Shown piece by piece: positions 62,995 through 64,000 of a stretch of 64,000 bases of DNA (its first letter is position 1; every line of letters starts with the position of its first letter). Below the pieces are notes generated by a model, which worked only from the letters and a program-made list of their open reading frames with translations, was not told where the DNA came from and ran no database searches. The stretch is taken from assembly GCA_963744145.1 (NCBI GenBank), contig CAVUSO010000001.1, positions 6,368,001 to 6,432,000 of the forward strand. The letters run 5' to 3'. Origin of the DNA: an uncultured cyanobacterium. Its GTDB lineage: Bacteria > Cyanobacteriota > Cyanobacteriia > Cyanobacteriales > CAWUOF01. The position numbers were made by a program, and so were the translations under genes.

Positions 62995-63825
62995 TTAAAC
63001 TCCTAATACTTTTTCTAAATACTCATAGCTTTCATCATTAAATTTATCCCAGTCTAATCGATCGGCTAAATATTGATTAATCATCCGTTGACCATTGGCT
63101 AAGGGATCTATATTACTATCATCTAAAAGCAAATTATTTGCAAATTGATTAGCCTCATTTTCTTCGTTGTCTTGAGCAATAAAATCAATCTTTTCATCAA
63201 TTAAAACACCTTCTTTTAAATGTTGTAATACTAAATGTCCTAACTCATGTGCCAAGTAAAAAGTTAATTTCTCCGCATCTTTATAGGGTGAACTAATTAT
63301 AATTACAGGACGAGAAAATTGCCATTGAATTAACCCTTCAATCTTCTTGATTTTCTGAGGAAAATGATCAAAATAAGCAACAATAATTCCCTGACTCCAA
63401 CAATATTCAAGTAAGGAAGTTAAATTAACTGTTGGATAATTTGTTAAGATTTCTGTTCTAATTTCCTTAACATCAGTAGGTAATGGTGTAAAATTAACCT
63501 CTGTCCCGTAGACAATTAACTCAGATACTCGACTAGCTAAAGCTTGAGCAACATGGGGATAATCTTTATTTTGACTGTCATGCTGCTTAAACTTAGTAGG
63601 AGGGGGAGAATTAAATTTGATTTTTTCTGCTGGTAATAACAAAGATTTTAAGTCAAGATTAAGGCGATCGGCGATATAACTAGCACCTTCTAATACAGCA
63701 GATGGTTTATCATTGAGTTCATCATCCCACCAACTCGGTAAACCGTTATTTCTTACATAGTCTCGGTTCAATCCTATTTGGGATAGTTTAGTGTAGAGAG
63801 AAGATATGGTAAGCTTTTTTGTCAT
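62995..63825 (-). CDS. ImmA/IrrE-family zinc metallopeptidase
   Basis: FYLAHELGHL (HExxH) and ENEANQFA. Confidence 0.85.
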   Translation of the reverse strand: MTKKLTISSLYTKLSQIGLNRDYVRNNGLPSWWDDELNDKPSAVLEGASYIADRLNLDLKSLLLPAEKIKFNSPPPTKFKQHDSQNKDYPHVAQALASRVSELIVYGTEVNFTPLPTDVKEIRTEILTNYPTVNLTSLLEYCWSQGIIVAYFDHFPQKIKKIEGLIQWQFSRPVIIISSPYKDAEKLTFYLAHELGHLVLQHLKEGVLIDEKIDFIAQDNEENEANQFANNLLLDDSNIDPLANGQRMINQYLADRLDWDKFNDESYEYLEKVLGV

Positions 63826-63877
63826 TGTCTTATCCTCATTTATATGAAAATTGAAAGCCTTATCCTATTTTCTATCC

Positions 63878-64000
63878 CTAATTAGGAATATGCTTATTCC
63901 CGCTTCCAAATTTAGCTAACCAAGCTAAAATTATAGGATTGACCACCGTTGGACGTTCATCATGGGGACAGTGACCTGTATTCGGAATGGAGACAAATTC
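63878..64000 (-). CDS. Alpha/beta hydrolase, C-terminal end only
   Basis: EFVSIPNTGHCPHDERPTVVNPIILAWL... contains the catalytic-His motif GHCPHDE. Confidence 0.8.
   Translation of the reverse strand, partial: EFVSIPNTGHCPHDERPTVVNPIILAWLAKFGSGNKHIPN

Overview
AT-rich cyanobacterial chromosome segment: the HIP1 octamer GCGATCGC is abundant, and it carries pcxA, csaB, a ycf49-like gene, a PSII S4-domain gene and many Uma2 genes. Conserved housekeeping blocks (1-7.7 kb, 12.6-21.3 kb, 41-47 kb, 49.5-57.5 kb) alternate with accessory islands (8.4-12.6, 22.3-41, 47.1-49.5, 57.5-63.9 kb). No rRNA, tRNA or CRISPR array was seen. The largest island is an array of cargo cassettes bounded by four near-identical Uma2 genes with a shared leader. 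One cassette is a candidate protease-triggered system: a TPR-CHAT caspase-like protein whose TPRs vary on one helix face, an HTH-DUF4384 protein, and two divergent genes (a DUF4407 membrane/coiled-coil protein and a helical protein) whose upstream regions share 10-bp-phased TCGA boxes. A second cassette is an operon of a repeat/membrane protein split by two poly-A frameshifts, an FtsK-like ATPase, a small helical protein and a DUF6883/DUF4926 pair. Also present: a zinc-ribbon/HEPN gene pair next to a decayed NotI-like R-M system; four IS elements (ISAs1, IS4, IS1, IS630), two of which supply in-frame start codons to the genes they disrupt; MITEs with 10-bp TSDs; nested REP and mini-repeats; and an unannotated His-tailed small membrane protein behind 11-bp-phased OmpR-type boxes. 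All family calls come from motif recognition by eye, not database searches.
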